NCBI RefSeq assembly: GCF_006345805.1
Contig: NC_043014.1
Span: 37,448,001 to 37,512,000, forward strand
Length of the DNA: 64,000 bases
Origin: Octopus sinensis
Lineage: Eukaryota
Reading direction: 5' to 3'
How positions within the stretch are numbered: the first letter of the stretch is position 1; each line of letters begins with the position of its first letter. Positions 1-12,337 of this stretch are shown piece after piece. The position numbers were made by a program, and so were the translations under genes. The notes below the pieces were generated by a model. It was given only the letters and a program-made list of their open reading frames with translations, did not search any database and was not told where the DNA came from.

Positions 1-500
1 ACTAAAGTTTGGTGGGAGACTTTAATTCAAAACTTGTGAAAACAAGACACCCATAAAATTATCAACCATCGCACAAACAATAACCCTGAGCACCTCTTCA
101 AACTCCACCCATCTAACACCCGTGGACATATTTACAAAGTAAGAAAACAGCACAGCTCCCATGACTTCAGGAAACATTTTTTCACGTTGAGAGTTGCTGA
201 AGCGTGGAACAAACTGCCGGCATCGGTTGTTAGTTGTCGGAGCACTGCATCCTTCAAAACTTCCATGCTTCCTGAGATTCGCCAACACTACACTTGATTT
301 TCTCCCCTCCATACACACACAAGCATGTTCACTTTCCAGACATTTCTACATTACTGCATGTACATTTCTACATTATGCACTTTCTGACAAGTTGTGGTGC
401 ACCTGAGCACTATACAATAATTTCATTATATTATATATATAAGACATTTGTACTGCAGAGCCAGAGCCGGTTTCAGCTGGGTTGGTATTGAAAGGGTTAA
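1..500 (+). mobile_element. piggyBac-like MITE (family 1), 3' part, interrupted by a LINE fragment
   Basis: Ends ...GAAAGGG|TTAA (497-500). Bases 1-49 and 441-496 are colinear with the intact copies at 2830-3051 and 29496-29715. Confidence 0.8.
50..440 (+). mobile_element. CR1/L2-type LINE 3' fragment
   Basis: Encodes HKIINHRTNNNPEHLFKLHPSNTRGHIYKVRKQHSSHDFRKHFFTLRVAEAWNKLP, the typical CR1/L2 RT C-terminus. Flanked by a 6-bp duplication AAGACA (44-49, 441-446). Confidence 0.85.
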
Positions 501-934
501 ATGATAAAGAGTTAAATTCACTTATCTATAGTATGAGATACGACTGACTGATTGACTGACTAATAGCTCCTTTACTGAGATGAAGTTTTGCATTACTTTT
601 CCAAACTAAAGTTTCCATGTGTGTACTGAAACACATTTACTATTGATAAAATAAGTTGGTTGTCACTAGTTTGATATACACTGATGGATATGTTTCTATT
701 ATTGATTTTTAAATGTGTTTGCTATGTATATGTGTGGAAGAGATTTAAAAATATATTACAAGAGATTCTAGGGATTTAAAATAAATTTCGAGTAACTAAA
801 TTTAATCTGAACTTCTAGGATTAATATCTTCAAGTATCATCAAAAGAATAAAAAGACATGAAATAATTAATGTATGTGATTATGTCTTACTACAAAGTTT
901 CAGCATTATAATACTCTATTTTAATAAGGGCATC

Positions 935-983
<49 letters not shown>

Positions 984-1364
984 GGCGCAGGAGTGGCTGT
1001 GTGGTAAGTAGCTTGCTAACCAACCACATGGTTCCGGATTCAGTCCCACTGCGTGGCATCTTGGGCAAGTGTCTTCTGCTATAGCCCCGGACCGACCAAT
1101 GCCTTGTGAGTGGATTTGGTAGAAGGAAACTGAAAGAAGCCTGTCGTATACGTGTTTGTGTGTTTGTGTGTCTGTGTTTGTCCCCCTAGCATTGCTTGAC
1201 AACCGATGCTGGTGTGTTTATGTCCCCGTCACTTAGCGGTTTGGCAAAAGAGACCGATAGAATAAGTACTGGGCTTACAAAGAATAAGTCCCGGGGTCGA
1301 TTTGCTCGACTAAAGGCGGTGCTCCAGCATGGCCGCAGTCAAATGACTGAAACAAGTAAAAGAG
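984..1364 (+). mobile_element. tRNA-derived SINE, family A
   Basis: Head GGCGCAGGAGTGGCTGTGTGGTAAG...GGTTCCGGATTCAGTCCC with A/B-box-like motifs, internal (TG)n and tail GAAACAAGTAAAAGAG. Near-identical copies at 21018, 27542, 43944 and 58688. Confidence 0.85.
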
Positions 1365-1569
1365 TATATATATATATATATATATATCACAGAGTTTATA
1401 AAAGAAAATCATTAAATTGCCATACCGAGGGATGTCAAGTTAAGACCCTGAAGTGACTGCACCATTTTATAGTAGAGTGCAATTTGAACGTGTTTAAGGC
1501 AGTATATAATTATACAATTAAAGGTAATGCTATTGCTACTTTGGGGTAATCTTTATTTTTAATATTGTC

Positions 1570-1600
<31 letters not shown>

Positions 1601-1680
1601 AGGGTAAAAATTAATTAATTAATAATTAATCATTTTACCAAGTAGTTCGGTATGTTAAAAGAACCATTACCGATAATGGT

Positions 1681-1685
1681 TCTCT

Positions 1686-1749
<64 letters not shown>

Positions 1750-2010
1750 ATATATATATATATATATTATATATATATATATGCAGGTGTAGCATTGCTT
1801 AAGATTTTTATGAAAAGCCTGTATACATACATCTTTGTTGATGTGTGTATGTGTGTGTGTGCATCTATATATATATATATATATGCACACACAGACACAC
1901 ACACACACACACGAATGTACATGTTTACTTCTATGTGTTTGTGTGTGTGTATATATATATGTGTGTGTGTATATGTATGTGTGTTTGTGTGCATATATAT
2001 TTAGTAACTG
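1681..2010. repeat. Compound microsatellite (TC)n/(TA)n/(CA)n/(TG)n
   Basis: Seen directly. It explains the low-complexity YIYI/HTHT ORFs in the track. Confidence 0.9.
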
Positions 2011-2599
2011 AGACTTATATTGTGAATCCGTCCAAACTGAATTTTGTTGATAGTCCTATTGAAGAATTATTGAAAATTTGTTTATATATTAGAAAAAAAA
2101 AAAAAAAAGAATGTTGCATTCTGGTTGTTACTGTTCTTTCTTTTTTTTTTTTTTCTTACTTTAATTTTAAAAAAATTTGATCCTTATTGGAAACCAATTA
2201 AATTCGATCCATGTGTCCAATCCCCTTGCAATGGATTTCATATAGGTGCAGTTATGAGTTGTACTTGGTGTCACATGGAGCACATTTCTGGCATTGACCA
2301 ATGAGTAGACAGTCCATATCTTCTCATTGGAATTGCTACACTCTGTTCTTGGCTACGCTACTTACCTCTTGCTGGCTCCGTCCATTTAGGTGTAAAACAA
2401 GTATCAACTGACTGAGTAAGGGAGCTTGTCTTTTTTTTCCCCTCTTTTTTTTTTTTTTTTTTTATCCTGCAGTACTGAGTTCAAAACCTGGGGTTTTGGG
2501 AAAGCAGACAAAATGGGATGGTCGGGAACAACAATAAAATTCAACTCCAGTCAAGTATATTTTCTTTGTTTGAAAATTCTCTTGGCATTTCATCTACAG

Positions 2600-2658
2600 G
2601 GTTTAGCGGGAGTTGTCTTTGCTTCAGTAGATCGCTTCCAACCACCTTCGCTGTAGAG
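2600..2658 (+). CDS. Candidate exon of an unidentified plus-strand gene
   Basis: CATCTACAG|...GAG|GTATAG. Open as (G)FSGSCLCFSRSLPTTFAVE, phase 1 to 0, compatible with the candidate exon at 6316. No homology recognised. Confidence 0.25.
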
Positions 2659-2825
2659 GTATAGTTTTTGCTATTGAGATTAAGCTTATTCACTTCTAGC
2701 CTCATTTCTTCATTCTTTCAGTGGGGCCTTGGATGAACCTTTGAATTTCTACTTTAGAAAAAAAGAAAAGAAAAAAAAAGTTACATTATGAGATTTTCTG
2801 AAATGTCTGTCAAATAATACATTTT

Positions 2826-3055
2826 TTAACCCTTTTGTTATCATATTTCTGTTGAGATGCTCTGTGTTTCTTTCAATTAATTTTAAATATAACAAAGAAT
2901 TTAGTAAAATAACTTAGTTATCGTTAAGCTAGTGTTAGGAACAGAAATTGTGACTAAGGTTTGGTGGAGGAGCTTAATTCAAAACTTTTGAAAACAAAAC
3001 ATTTGTACTACAAAGCTGGAGGCGGTTTCAGGTGGGTTGATATCAAAAGGGTTAA
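2826..3055 (+). mobile_element. piggyBac-like MITE (family 1)
   Basis: TTAA|CCCTTT...AAAGGG|TTAA termini with a TTAA target site. Confidence 0.85.
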
Positions 3056-3242
3056 GACTTAAACTTCTTTTTGTCTCCAAATAAGGCAGCTGAATCTTCA
3101 TGGTTGTGTATTATTATTATTATTATTATTATTATTACTGTCTCATTTCCAATCTCAAATATACTGCTACCCAACATAAAAGCCGACGCACACAAACAAA
3201 ACACACAATTATTTTGTTATTCCGTTTTTTCCAAAGTATAAC

Positions 3243-3273
<31 letters not shown>

Positions 3274-3501
3274 GGATTATTATTAATAAGGTGGGGAATT
3301 AGCAGAATCATTAGCATGCCATGCAAAATGCTTGGTAGTATTTTACCTGCTGCTACATTCTGAGTTCAAATTCTGCTGAGGTTGACTTTGCCTTTCATCC
3401 TTTCAGGGTTGATGAATTAAGTACCAGTGAAATACTGGGGTAGATGTAATCAACTAGTCCCCTCCCTGCTAATTTGAGGCTTTGTGCCTCCAGTAGAAAA
3501 G

Positions 3502-3544
<43 letters not shown>

Positions 3545-4289
3545 GTTTACAAGTAATTAAAAATTATTAATTTTTTTTTTTTAATTTACAATTTCCATGT
3601 CATGTAAACTTTTTTTTTTTTCAACTTGCAGTAAACTTTTGGAACTCCTAAATTTGTTAGTTTTGTATGTTCTCATTTGACACTAACAAGTAGAATTTGT
3701 CCTCTTCTTCCCTTACTATTTGTTTGGTACATTTGCCATACATTGCATGAAATTTTAAAAAAAAAGTGTAAACTGCATGTTGCAGAAAAGAAAGAAAGAA
3801 AAGAGAGAACTGATAAACTGACGAATTACAGATGTTACAAGACTTATATGGTTCAATTAAAAGAAAATTTAATGAAATGCAAAATTAAAAAAAAGAATGA
3901 AAATAACATCAACAAAAAACAAGACAAAGACAAAATGGAGAAATTTTCATAAAAGTAATTTTTATTTATGAATGCTGGTCACTTTTAAATTAAATGATAG
4001 AAATGTATATTGTCTAAATAATATGTATGAACACAATGAAATAAAGAAAACTGTGTTAAGCTATTAGATGTTTCTTTTTATTTTATATGTGTATGTATAG
4101 TGTAGGTAAGGTTGTATAATTAAGATGTTTGCTTCCCAACAACATAGCTTTGGGTTCAGTCCCACTGCATGGCTTCTACGATAGCTGCTGGTTGACCAAA
4201 GCCTTGTGAATGAATTTGATTGATGTCCTACCCATGCTAGCATGGAAAACGGACGCTAAACGATGATGATGATGATGAGTATGCCATCA

Positions 4290-4570
4290 GTGGCCACGAG
4301 AAAGATTCAGTCTCAATAGTCAGATATTGTCAAGTCAGCCAGATTCATTTGCAGGTCTGGAACATCATCAACAACAGCTCCAGCAGGTCAGTGAGAGCTA
4401 TTGCTAAGTAGCTCATGGTGGTGGCAGAGTCCACTATCAGATGTATGGTGCATGAGGACCAAACACTACTGTAATAAGAAGAAGGACGTTTACATCTGTC
4501 AACATCAAGAAGAATTGTGTGATCATGATACCTTCTGGGTCTCTTGATTTTGAGCACCAGTGGACAGCTG
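4290..4570 (+). mobile_element. Decayed Tc1/mariner transposase fragment
   Basis: Broken frame resembling the transposase HTH region (NSSSRSVRAIAK...VAESTIRCMVHED). Confidence 0.45.
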
Positions 4571-4771
4571 CATCTTTGATATTGTTACAGGGAGGACTAA
4601 CTCCATATGACACCCACCCCTGGCATTAAGGACTTGTTGAGGTTTGCTGTCTTAGATGTAGTGGGTTGTATAGATTGTAGTCACTTAGTTCTTGTATGCA
4701 ATCACTTATATGGCCATACTGGGGCAGAAGCTGTGTTTATTGTCTGGCTTGGGTTTTTTTTTATATACATA

Positions 4772-5722
4772 CAGGGGTTGGACAAAATAATGGAAACACC
4801 TTAGAATTTCAAACAAATTTATTTCAATATGGTGTAGGACAGTAATTACAGCTTGAATTGTTTCCTAAGGAAATTTTGTCCATTCTTCAGCTAAAACAGT
4901 CTCCAGTTCTTGTGATGATGGTGGAGGATATCAATTCTTTACTTGTTTTTCTAAAATGCACCATAAATGTTCAATAATATTGAGATCTGGGGACTGTGGT
5001 GGCCAAATAAGGTGTTCAACTTCACTAGTATGTTCCTCATGACATTCGTGCTGTGTGAATTGGTGCATTATCATCCTGAAAGATTGCATTTCCCTCTGGA
5101 AACAGTTCCATAACCATAGGATGAATTTGATAAGATAAAATGCTTAAATAGTCTTAACTATTAATTGGTCCGAGAAAATAATGTTCTTTCACTGCTCTAG
5201 GGACCAATTCTGTTGGTTTTTACTCCACTCTAAATGCTTTGCAACGTTTGTTTTTGAAAGTAGTGGTTTCCTGATTGGTGCCCTCCCGTGAAATCCAGTT
5301 TTGAGCAGCTCCCAGTGAACAGTTTTTGTGGAAACTGGGTTCTTAAGGTGGTCATTAAGTTCTGCAATAATTTTGGGAGCTGTATTGTGATTCTTTCAAA
5401 CAATTCGCATAAGAGACCTATGGTCCCTATCTAAAAGTTTTAGTTTTCTTCCAAAGTTTTGTTTCGACGAGGATTTTTTTCCCTCTTTCTCAAAGCTATC
5501 ATTACTTTCAAGACAGTACTTCTTGATACACCAAACATTTTGGCTGTTTTCATTATGCTAGCACCTGCTATACAAGCACCAACAATTTGGCCTCTTTTTC
5601 TGATTATATCTGAAAAGAAACAGCAATTTTAGCAAAATAAACAAGCTTTTGACTGTTTTATAGATATTTCAAAATTATGCTGCTATGATGGTAGGTGTTT
5701 CCATTATTTTGTCCAACCTTTG
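4772..5722 (-). mobile_element. Tc1-like DNA transposon relic, internally deleted
   Basis: TA|CAGGGGTTGGACAAAATAATGGAAACACCT at the left and AGGTGTTTCCATTATTTTGTCCAACCTTTG|TA at the right form ~30-bp TIRs with a TA target site. Decayed transposase-like sequence on the minus strand. Confidence 0.85.
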
Positions 5723-6315
5723 TATATCTCTGAATATGTGATATTTCATCTGAGGGTGTGTTGCAATTTTTTTTTTCTGTTTAGTGTCTTGTTTTATTCA
5801 CTGTGTTTTGTTCCCAAATAACTGGTGCATTCTATATATGTCTGTTTATGTATATTAATAACATCATTATTTTTCCATGCTTACATGAGTCAGAGGGAAT
5901 TTGTTGAGGCAGATTCTTCTATGATCAAAAAGTCATCTTGTTATCAGTCCTAGCTTATTGCCAAGCAAGGAAATTGCTAGACATGTTTTTCATGAAGTCT
6001 GGAAAGGAATGACCTTGACTGTATAACAATGATGCTTATATCCAATCATCACATCATATCTAGTCATGGTTACACATTGACACACAAACATATATATGAT
6101 GAGCTTCATTCAGTTTCTGACTACCAAATCTACTCGTAAGGCTTTGGTTGGCCTTAAGTACCATACAGTTGGACTGAACCTAAAACCTCAAGGTTGGGAA
6201 CCAAGTTTCTTAACTACACAACCATGACTATGCCTATATATTTAATCATAGTCAACAATCATTTGATATCTACTTTGTCATGCTTGAATGGTTCAGCTGA
6301 AATGTGTTGCTGTAG

Positions 6316-6364
6316 GTCTTGCAGCCAAATGCGCTTTCTGTCAACAACCTTCACCAGCTTCCAG
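6316..6364 (+). CDS. Candidate exon of an unidentified plus-strand gene
   Basis: TTGCTGTAG|...CCAG|GTAAGG. Reads VLQPNALSVNNLHQLP(G), phase 0 to 1, matching the phase-1 acceptor at 11510. Confidence 0.35.
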
Positions 6365-7540
6365 GTAAGGTAATAATTTTCCATAGTCCTTCAAATGCTA
6401 ACAGCCCAACGACCAGACATGTTTTTATGGTAGATTGCAAATGAATGACAGTCAGGTAAATTGTGGGAGACAAAGTTTTGTTAGGTACTTATTTCAGGGG
6501 AGGATGTTGGAAAACAATTAAGTGGTTGTATCTAGGACATTTGTTTGATTAACATTTGTTTTTCCATGCTAATTGAACTAAGCCTTATTTCAGATTGTTT
6601 TTTGAATAAAAGGTTTTTTATTCTGCAGGATTTCAAAAGTATAGAGCTTCACTCTCTCATGCCAATTACAAGGTGACCCCCACTAAAGCTTGTTCTATGA
6701 AAAAGCATCCCGTACTCTCTATAAAGTGGTTGGCAGTAGGAAGCACTTCCAGCCATAGAAACTATGCCAGAACTGAGACTTCAGAATATGGCTTAGCCCT
6801 CTGATTTGTTAGATCCTTCAACTATGGAAGGTGAGCATGAAATGCTACTGCTGCTGCTGATAATGATGGTACTGTAAAAGATAACAGGTGAAAATGAAAT
6901 TCTAAGAGGTTGCAGTTCTAGAAGGGTGTGTAAAGGCTTTGATTTGGCATCTGAAAATTTAGTAAGAGTGACAGTAGAGAAGAGGTTTCTGCATCATGCA
7001 AATTTAAATGGAAGACAAACAGAAATAGTTAGTCTAAGGCAATGCCTGAATTCAGTTTAATTTTGAGCATTGGCATGCAAAATGCTTCTGGATCTCAGTT
7101 TTTTGGGTTCAATTTCTGCCAAGGTTAACTTTGATCCTTGTATGGTTGATAAATAAAAGTACTGGTTCAGTAGATGGATTGATACTTCTGTCTCTCTGAA
7201 TGAGAGACATGGGCTGAGGTAGGTTCAGATGGTTAAGATACATTTTCTATTATCACAGTGCCCCTACAACTTGATCTGGGGTTGAGGACTCAAGAAAGAA
7301 AGGAATGAAGTCAGCTTGGCATGGCTTATCCTTTCCCAAACTACAAGCTATAGAAAAAAATTGAACTCATCCTGAGGAAATACTGTTCTGTTCACAATAA
7401 GGTGTTGGTTCTATTCTGAAATATCTATTTACAATTAATTGATCTAAGCTAAGAACAAAATATAGCACCAGTGATAGCATATGAAGTGCTACCCCTCAAA
7501 TACCTATATCTAGGCACAGGCGTAACTGTGTTGTAAGAAG

Positions 7541-8134
7541 GTGGGAAGCTGGCAGAAGGTGGTGAGCTGGCACGCCGGGTGAAATGCTTAGTGGTAATTC
7601 ATCTGCCATTACGTTCTGAGTTCAAATTCCACCGAGGTCAACTTTGCTTTCATCTTTTCGGGGTCAATTAAATAGGTACCAGTTACGCACTGGGGTTGAT
7701 ATAATCGACTTAATCCGTTTGTCCTTGTTTGTCCCCTCTGTGTGTAGCCCCTTGTGGGCAGTAAAGAAATAGGTGTTTCATCTGCCGTTACATTCTGAGT
7801 TCAACTTCCGCCTAGGTCGACTTTGCCTTTCATTTTGCGGAGTTGATAAATTAAGTACCAGTTATGCACTGGGGTCGATATATTCGACTTAATCCCTTTG
7901 TCTGTCCTTGTTTGTCCCCTCCATGTTTAGCTCCTTGTGAGCAATAAAGAAATAGGTATTTCATCTGCTGTTACATTCTGAGTTCAAATTCTGCCAAGGT
8001 CGACTTTGCCTTTCATTTTTCGGGGTCGATTAAATAGGTACCAGTTATGCACTGGGGTCGATATATTCGACTTAATCCCTTTGTCTGTCCTTGTTTGTCC
8101 CCTCTATGTTTAGCCCCTTGCGGGCAATAAAGAA
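7541..8134 (+). mobile_element. Head-to-tail trimer of tRNA-derived SINE family B, inserted in a family A SINE head
   Basis: Three ~185-bp units (GAGTTCAA...GTCGACTTTGCCTTTCA...TAAAGAAATAG). Flanked by GTAAGAAG at 7533-7540 and 8135-8142. Confidence 0.8.
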
Positions 8135-8312
8135 GTAAGAAGCTTGCTTCCCAACCACATGGTTCACATTGGGAGTCTTCCCAATGTGAATCCAACAGAG
8201 GGTCCTGCTATCCTAGTTGACTGACAACCGTATGATAGAGAAGCTCACTAAGGATATAAAGACAGAAAAAGCCCCTGATCCATCAGGAATTACTGCCCAG
8301 ATGCTTAAAATA

Positions 8313-8702
8313 TCTTTATATATAAAAGTAAGGTTGTGTGCTGTCTGTCTCCTATGATTTAGATTCCTAACAACTCCCACATTTTGTGGTGCAGTTTAAC
8401 CAAAACCGGGTATCTTATAGTCGTGATTCATATCGAGCCCTTCTGGGTATTAGCGCGTGTCTACGATTTAAAAAAAAATTTACCATCAATTTTTCCCATT
8501 TTTTAATGCATTTTTGGCATATATAAGGGAAGTAACTCTCTAAAAATTTAGTATTAAATCTCAGAACGTAAAAAGCTACAGTAACACCCCCCCCCCCTTT
8601 GTGGTTAGCCATATTGAGATGGCTATTATACTTTACATCTCTAAAAATGCTTATATAGTTATTTCCCTTACAAACCCGAGCAACGCCGGGCGATACTGCT
8701 AG
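8313..8702 (+). mobile_element. Non-autonomous Helitron
   Basis: A|TC...CTAG|T termini, subterminal hairpin CCCGAGCAACGCCGGG and no TSD. Removing it restores the host RTE frame (AAA ATA|TCT AGC). Confidence 0.85.
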
Positions 8703-8829
8703 TCTAGCATAAAAGAATATGGTTTAGTCAGTCATATAGTTAATCAAATTATTCAGCAAGGTATCATCCTCAATAACTGGTGTAGCTGCATTATAAAATA
8801 AAAATAAAATAATAATAATAATAATAATA

Positions 8830-9395
8830 ATTGTGTACAGTGCTCAGGTGCACTACAACTCATCTAAAGTGTATATATAATCAGGTGTAGTTTCGACGGA
8901 TTTCGGGAAGCATGAGGGCCTTAAAGGATGCAGTGTCATGGCAGTCAACAACTGATGCAGGCAGTTTATTCCACGCTTCAGCAACCCTGAGCGTGAAAAA
9001 ATGTTTCCGAAAGTCATGGGAGCTGTGCTGTTTTCTGACTTTGTAGGCATGTCCACGTGTGTTAGACACATGGAGATCAAAAAGGTGTTCAGTGTTGTTG
9101 TTGGTGAGGTGGTTGATAACCTTGTGGGTGTTTACCAAGTCCGTCGCCAGACGCCGGAGCTTCAGGGAAACAAGGCGCTCAGAATATGGTAGGTGTCTGA
9201 TGGAGGGTATGCGTTTGGTTGCACGTCTCTGGACAGATTCCAGGAGGTCAATGTTCTGAGCAAGATAGGGATTCCAAACTGATGATGCGAATTCCAAGTG
9301 TGGTCGTACCATAGCTGTATACAGTTTTAAATAGATGGCTGGAGAGCGGCTAACAAAAGTCTTGCTGAGTGATGCCAAGACACCCTCGGCCTTCT
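8830..9395 (-). mobile_element. CR1/L2-type LINE 3' fragment (RT C-terminus)
   Basis: ORF 8881-9378 has LYTAMVRPHLEFASSVWNPY...LESVQRRATK...FFTLRVAEAWNKLP and a (TTA)n tail. Same family as 50-440. Confidence 0.9.
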
Positions 9396-10987
9396 TGACA
9401 ATTTTAGAGGTCAGCTGTTACAGGGATAAAGGAGATGTTTTAGAGAAAAGTAACTTTAGAGTTATCAAATTGATGGACCAGGTCATGAAAGTCATGGAGA
9501 GGGTTATAGCCCAATTAATTAGAAACAGAATTAGAGCAGTTGTACTACTGATGTTATCTTTTTAGTCAGATAACTGCAGAAGTAAACCATCATACTAGGC
9601 ATTTGCTGTCATGGAGAAAGCCTTTGACAAGAGTCCCCCAATCTGAAATATGGTAGTGTCTGAGGAAGCTAGGAATAAATGAATGGCTTGTGAAAGTTGT
9701 ACAAACCATGTACTGGGGTGGTGTTAGTAAGGTGAGAGTTAGCCATGAGAACACTGATGAATTTAGTGTGCAGGTAGGCATCCACCAGTGCTCACTTTTC
9801 AGTCTCCTCCTATTCAACATTGTCTTCCAGGCCATAACGGGAATTTAAGACCAGCTCCCTTGGAAACTACTATATGCTGATTATCTTGCTTACATAATGG
9901 AATCTGTAACAGAATTATAAAAGAAATTCCAGGTGTTGAAGCAAAATCTGGAATCAAAGGGTCTTAAAGTTAGCTTAATGAAGACTAAGGTTCTAGTAAG
10001 TAAGGAAACAGACAGGAACCTACCCCCTTTGGGTAAATGATATGTCGGAAAAGTTTAGGTAGAAATCCCATACAATGTACCCGGTGCAAACTATGGACAC
10101 ACAAGAGGTGCAGTAGAATCATGGGAAGGTTAATGAAGAAAGTAGTTTTTGTATGTGGAAGATGCACAGGTGCTGCAAAGTCTACAGTTACATGGCAAAT
10201 TGATTTTCTCAAATGCTCTGGAGGTTATGTGACCTAATTAGCAGTGGAGAAAGATGTTCTGAAAGCGTAGTCACTGGAATAAGAATATGATGGAGAAAGC
10301 TCAGAGAGCCATTACTTGTGTTGGCAACAAAAGGTCTCTCTCTCCAATTGAAAGGCAGATTCTATTATGTTTGTGTACGTACAACAATGTTACTTTGTAG
10401 TGAGACTTGAACCTTAAATGTAGAAGACATGCAGAGGCTAGCAAGAAATGAAGATAGTATGCCCTAGTGGATGAGCAATGCAAGTGTGTATGTACAACAA
10501 AGTGCAAACCTATTGAGAGAAAAGTTAGGCATAATAGGAATTAGATGTAGTGTGCAAGATATCAAACTATACTGGTTTGGTCATGTGATGCATAAGGATG
10601 ATAACAGCTGTATATTGAAGCTCAACCCTTTTGTTACCATATTTCTGTCCACTGAAGAATTTAGTAAAATAACTTTCTCATTATTAAGCTAAGGTCTGAA
10701 ACAAATTAACATAAAATTAACATAAGATTATAATTTACACCATTATAAAATGGTAAGTTTATGTCATAGAACCCAGGGTAGTCTCAGGCAGATTGGTATC
10801 AAAAAGGTTAAAGTGGATGGAAATCATAGAAAAGCTTTTCCCTGTTCTTTTCTCTCTTGAAAGTTACATGACAACTTCATTAGAGCCAGTGACACACAAA
10901 AAAAAAAAAACGAAAGTACCCAGTACACTCTGTAAAGTAGTTGGCTTTAGAAAAGGCATCCAGTCGTAGAAAACATACCAGATGATG

Positions 10988-11018
<31 letters not shown>

Positions 11019-11509
11019 ACCCACCCACCATGGCATAACTGATATCCTAAAACCAAAGTTCCACATAAAAAGCACTGGCATTGGTACCACTTAAAAAGTA
11101 CCCAGTACACTCTGTGGAGTGATTGGCATTAGGAAGGGTGTCCAGCTGTAGAAACCAATCCAAAACAGACTATAGAACCTGGTGCAGCCCCAGGTCTTAC
11201 CAGTTCCTGTCAAGCCATCCAACCCATGCCAGCATAGGAAATGAATGATGATGATGATGATGATATATACAATGGGCTTTTTTCAGTTACCATCTATTTT
11301 ATCAAATTCACTCACAAGGTTCTGCTTAGCTCAGAGCTATACTAGAAGTCACTTTTCCAAGGTACCACACACTGGGACTGACTCAATACCACATTGCTGG
11401 GAAGTCAGCTTTTTAACTAAAGACCAACGCCTATGTCTATATAGTAAAGTGTTAAGAAATACATAACATTAATTTGTTTATGAGGAAAAAACGAATTCTA
11501 ATGTTTCAG

Positions 11510-11763
11510 GAGTGGCTCTTTTGACAAGGCAGTCTGTACTGTATGTTGAAACTCCTCCTAGTTTTCATGAAGTTAAAATAAGGATTGAGAGATATACGCA
11601 TCTCTCTTCTGGGATAGGAAAGCAGAATCAATGTAAACATTTGTCTACAGAACCATTTTCCTCAACAAAATGGGATTGTGAAACATCCACAAGTTACACA
11701 GTATTTTCCATTCCTTATAGAGATGAACTCTATTATGTCATGGTACATATTTATAGCCAGGCA
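11510..11763 (+). CDS. Candidate internal exon (254 nt) of an unidentified plus-strand gene
   Basis: ATGTTTCAG|GA... and GCA|GTGAGT. Only one frame is open, for 84 codons (VALLTRQSVLYVETPPSFHEV...YYVMVHIYSQA), in unique non-repetitive sequence. Confidence 0.55.
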
Positions 11764-12337
11764 GTGAGTTAAGTGTGTTTGATAGAGAGACAACAGTATA
11801 GTCCAAGCTAAGGGACATGAATGTTCAACTCTTCAGCTGGCAATGCTGGCATCAGAATGATTCATCCAGCTGAAATTTTCTGGCTGTTAATAACAGTTAA
11901 CCAATTCAAGTCTACAAAGCTGGTAACAAACGCAGTATTGTTCATTGTGTTGGTTGAAAAATTGCTCAGATTCAATTTCTTGTATGCGAAAGTCCTTCCA
12001 TTTCTCTCTAAAGCATTTAATAACAAATAGTTACAGTTAGAATACAGTAGCCATCGTTAGAAGCTGTGGACTATGCATTAGTCAATGTATTAATAACAGT
12101 TTACAGATAAGACAAGTAGGCATGCGTGTATGTATATATATATATATATATAATATATATATATATGTATATATATACACATACACACACATACATACAA
12201 ATATATAAATAGACATATATATGTACACATACATATACATCCACACAAACACATAAATATATATATATATACATAAGTACACATACACACCCACTTATAA
12301 ATGTATATCATGCACACATACACATAACTATATGGTA

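Larger units (their letters stand above)
8170..10620 (+). mobile_element. Old, decayed RTE-clade LINE carrying nested insertions
   Basis: Broken peptides SLPNVNPTEGPA, MLKISSIKEYGLVSHIVNQIIQQG, CYRDKGDVLEKSNFRVIKLMDQVMKV and CRKSLGRNPIQCTRCKLWTHKRCS are colinear with the young RTE at 37681-41163. Confidence 0.8.

Noticed and set aside
11821-12030. Next exon of the plus-strand candidate gene
   Set aside because: The acceptor at 11836 read in the required phase 0 hits a stop after 7 codons. Open frames on either strand have no recognisable homology.
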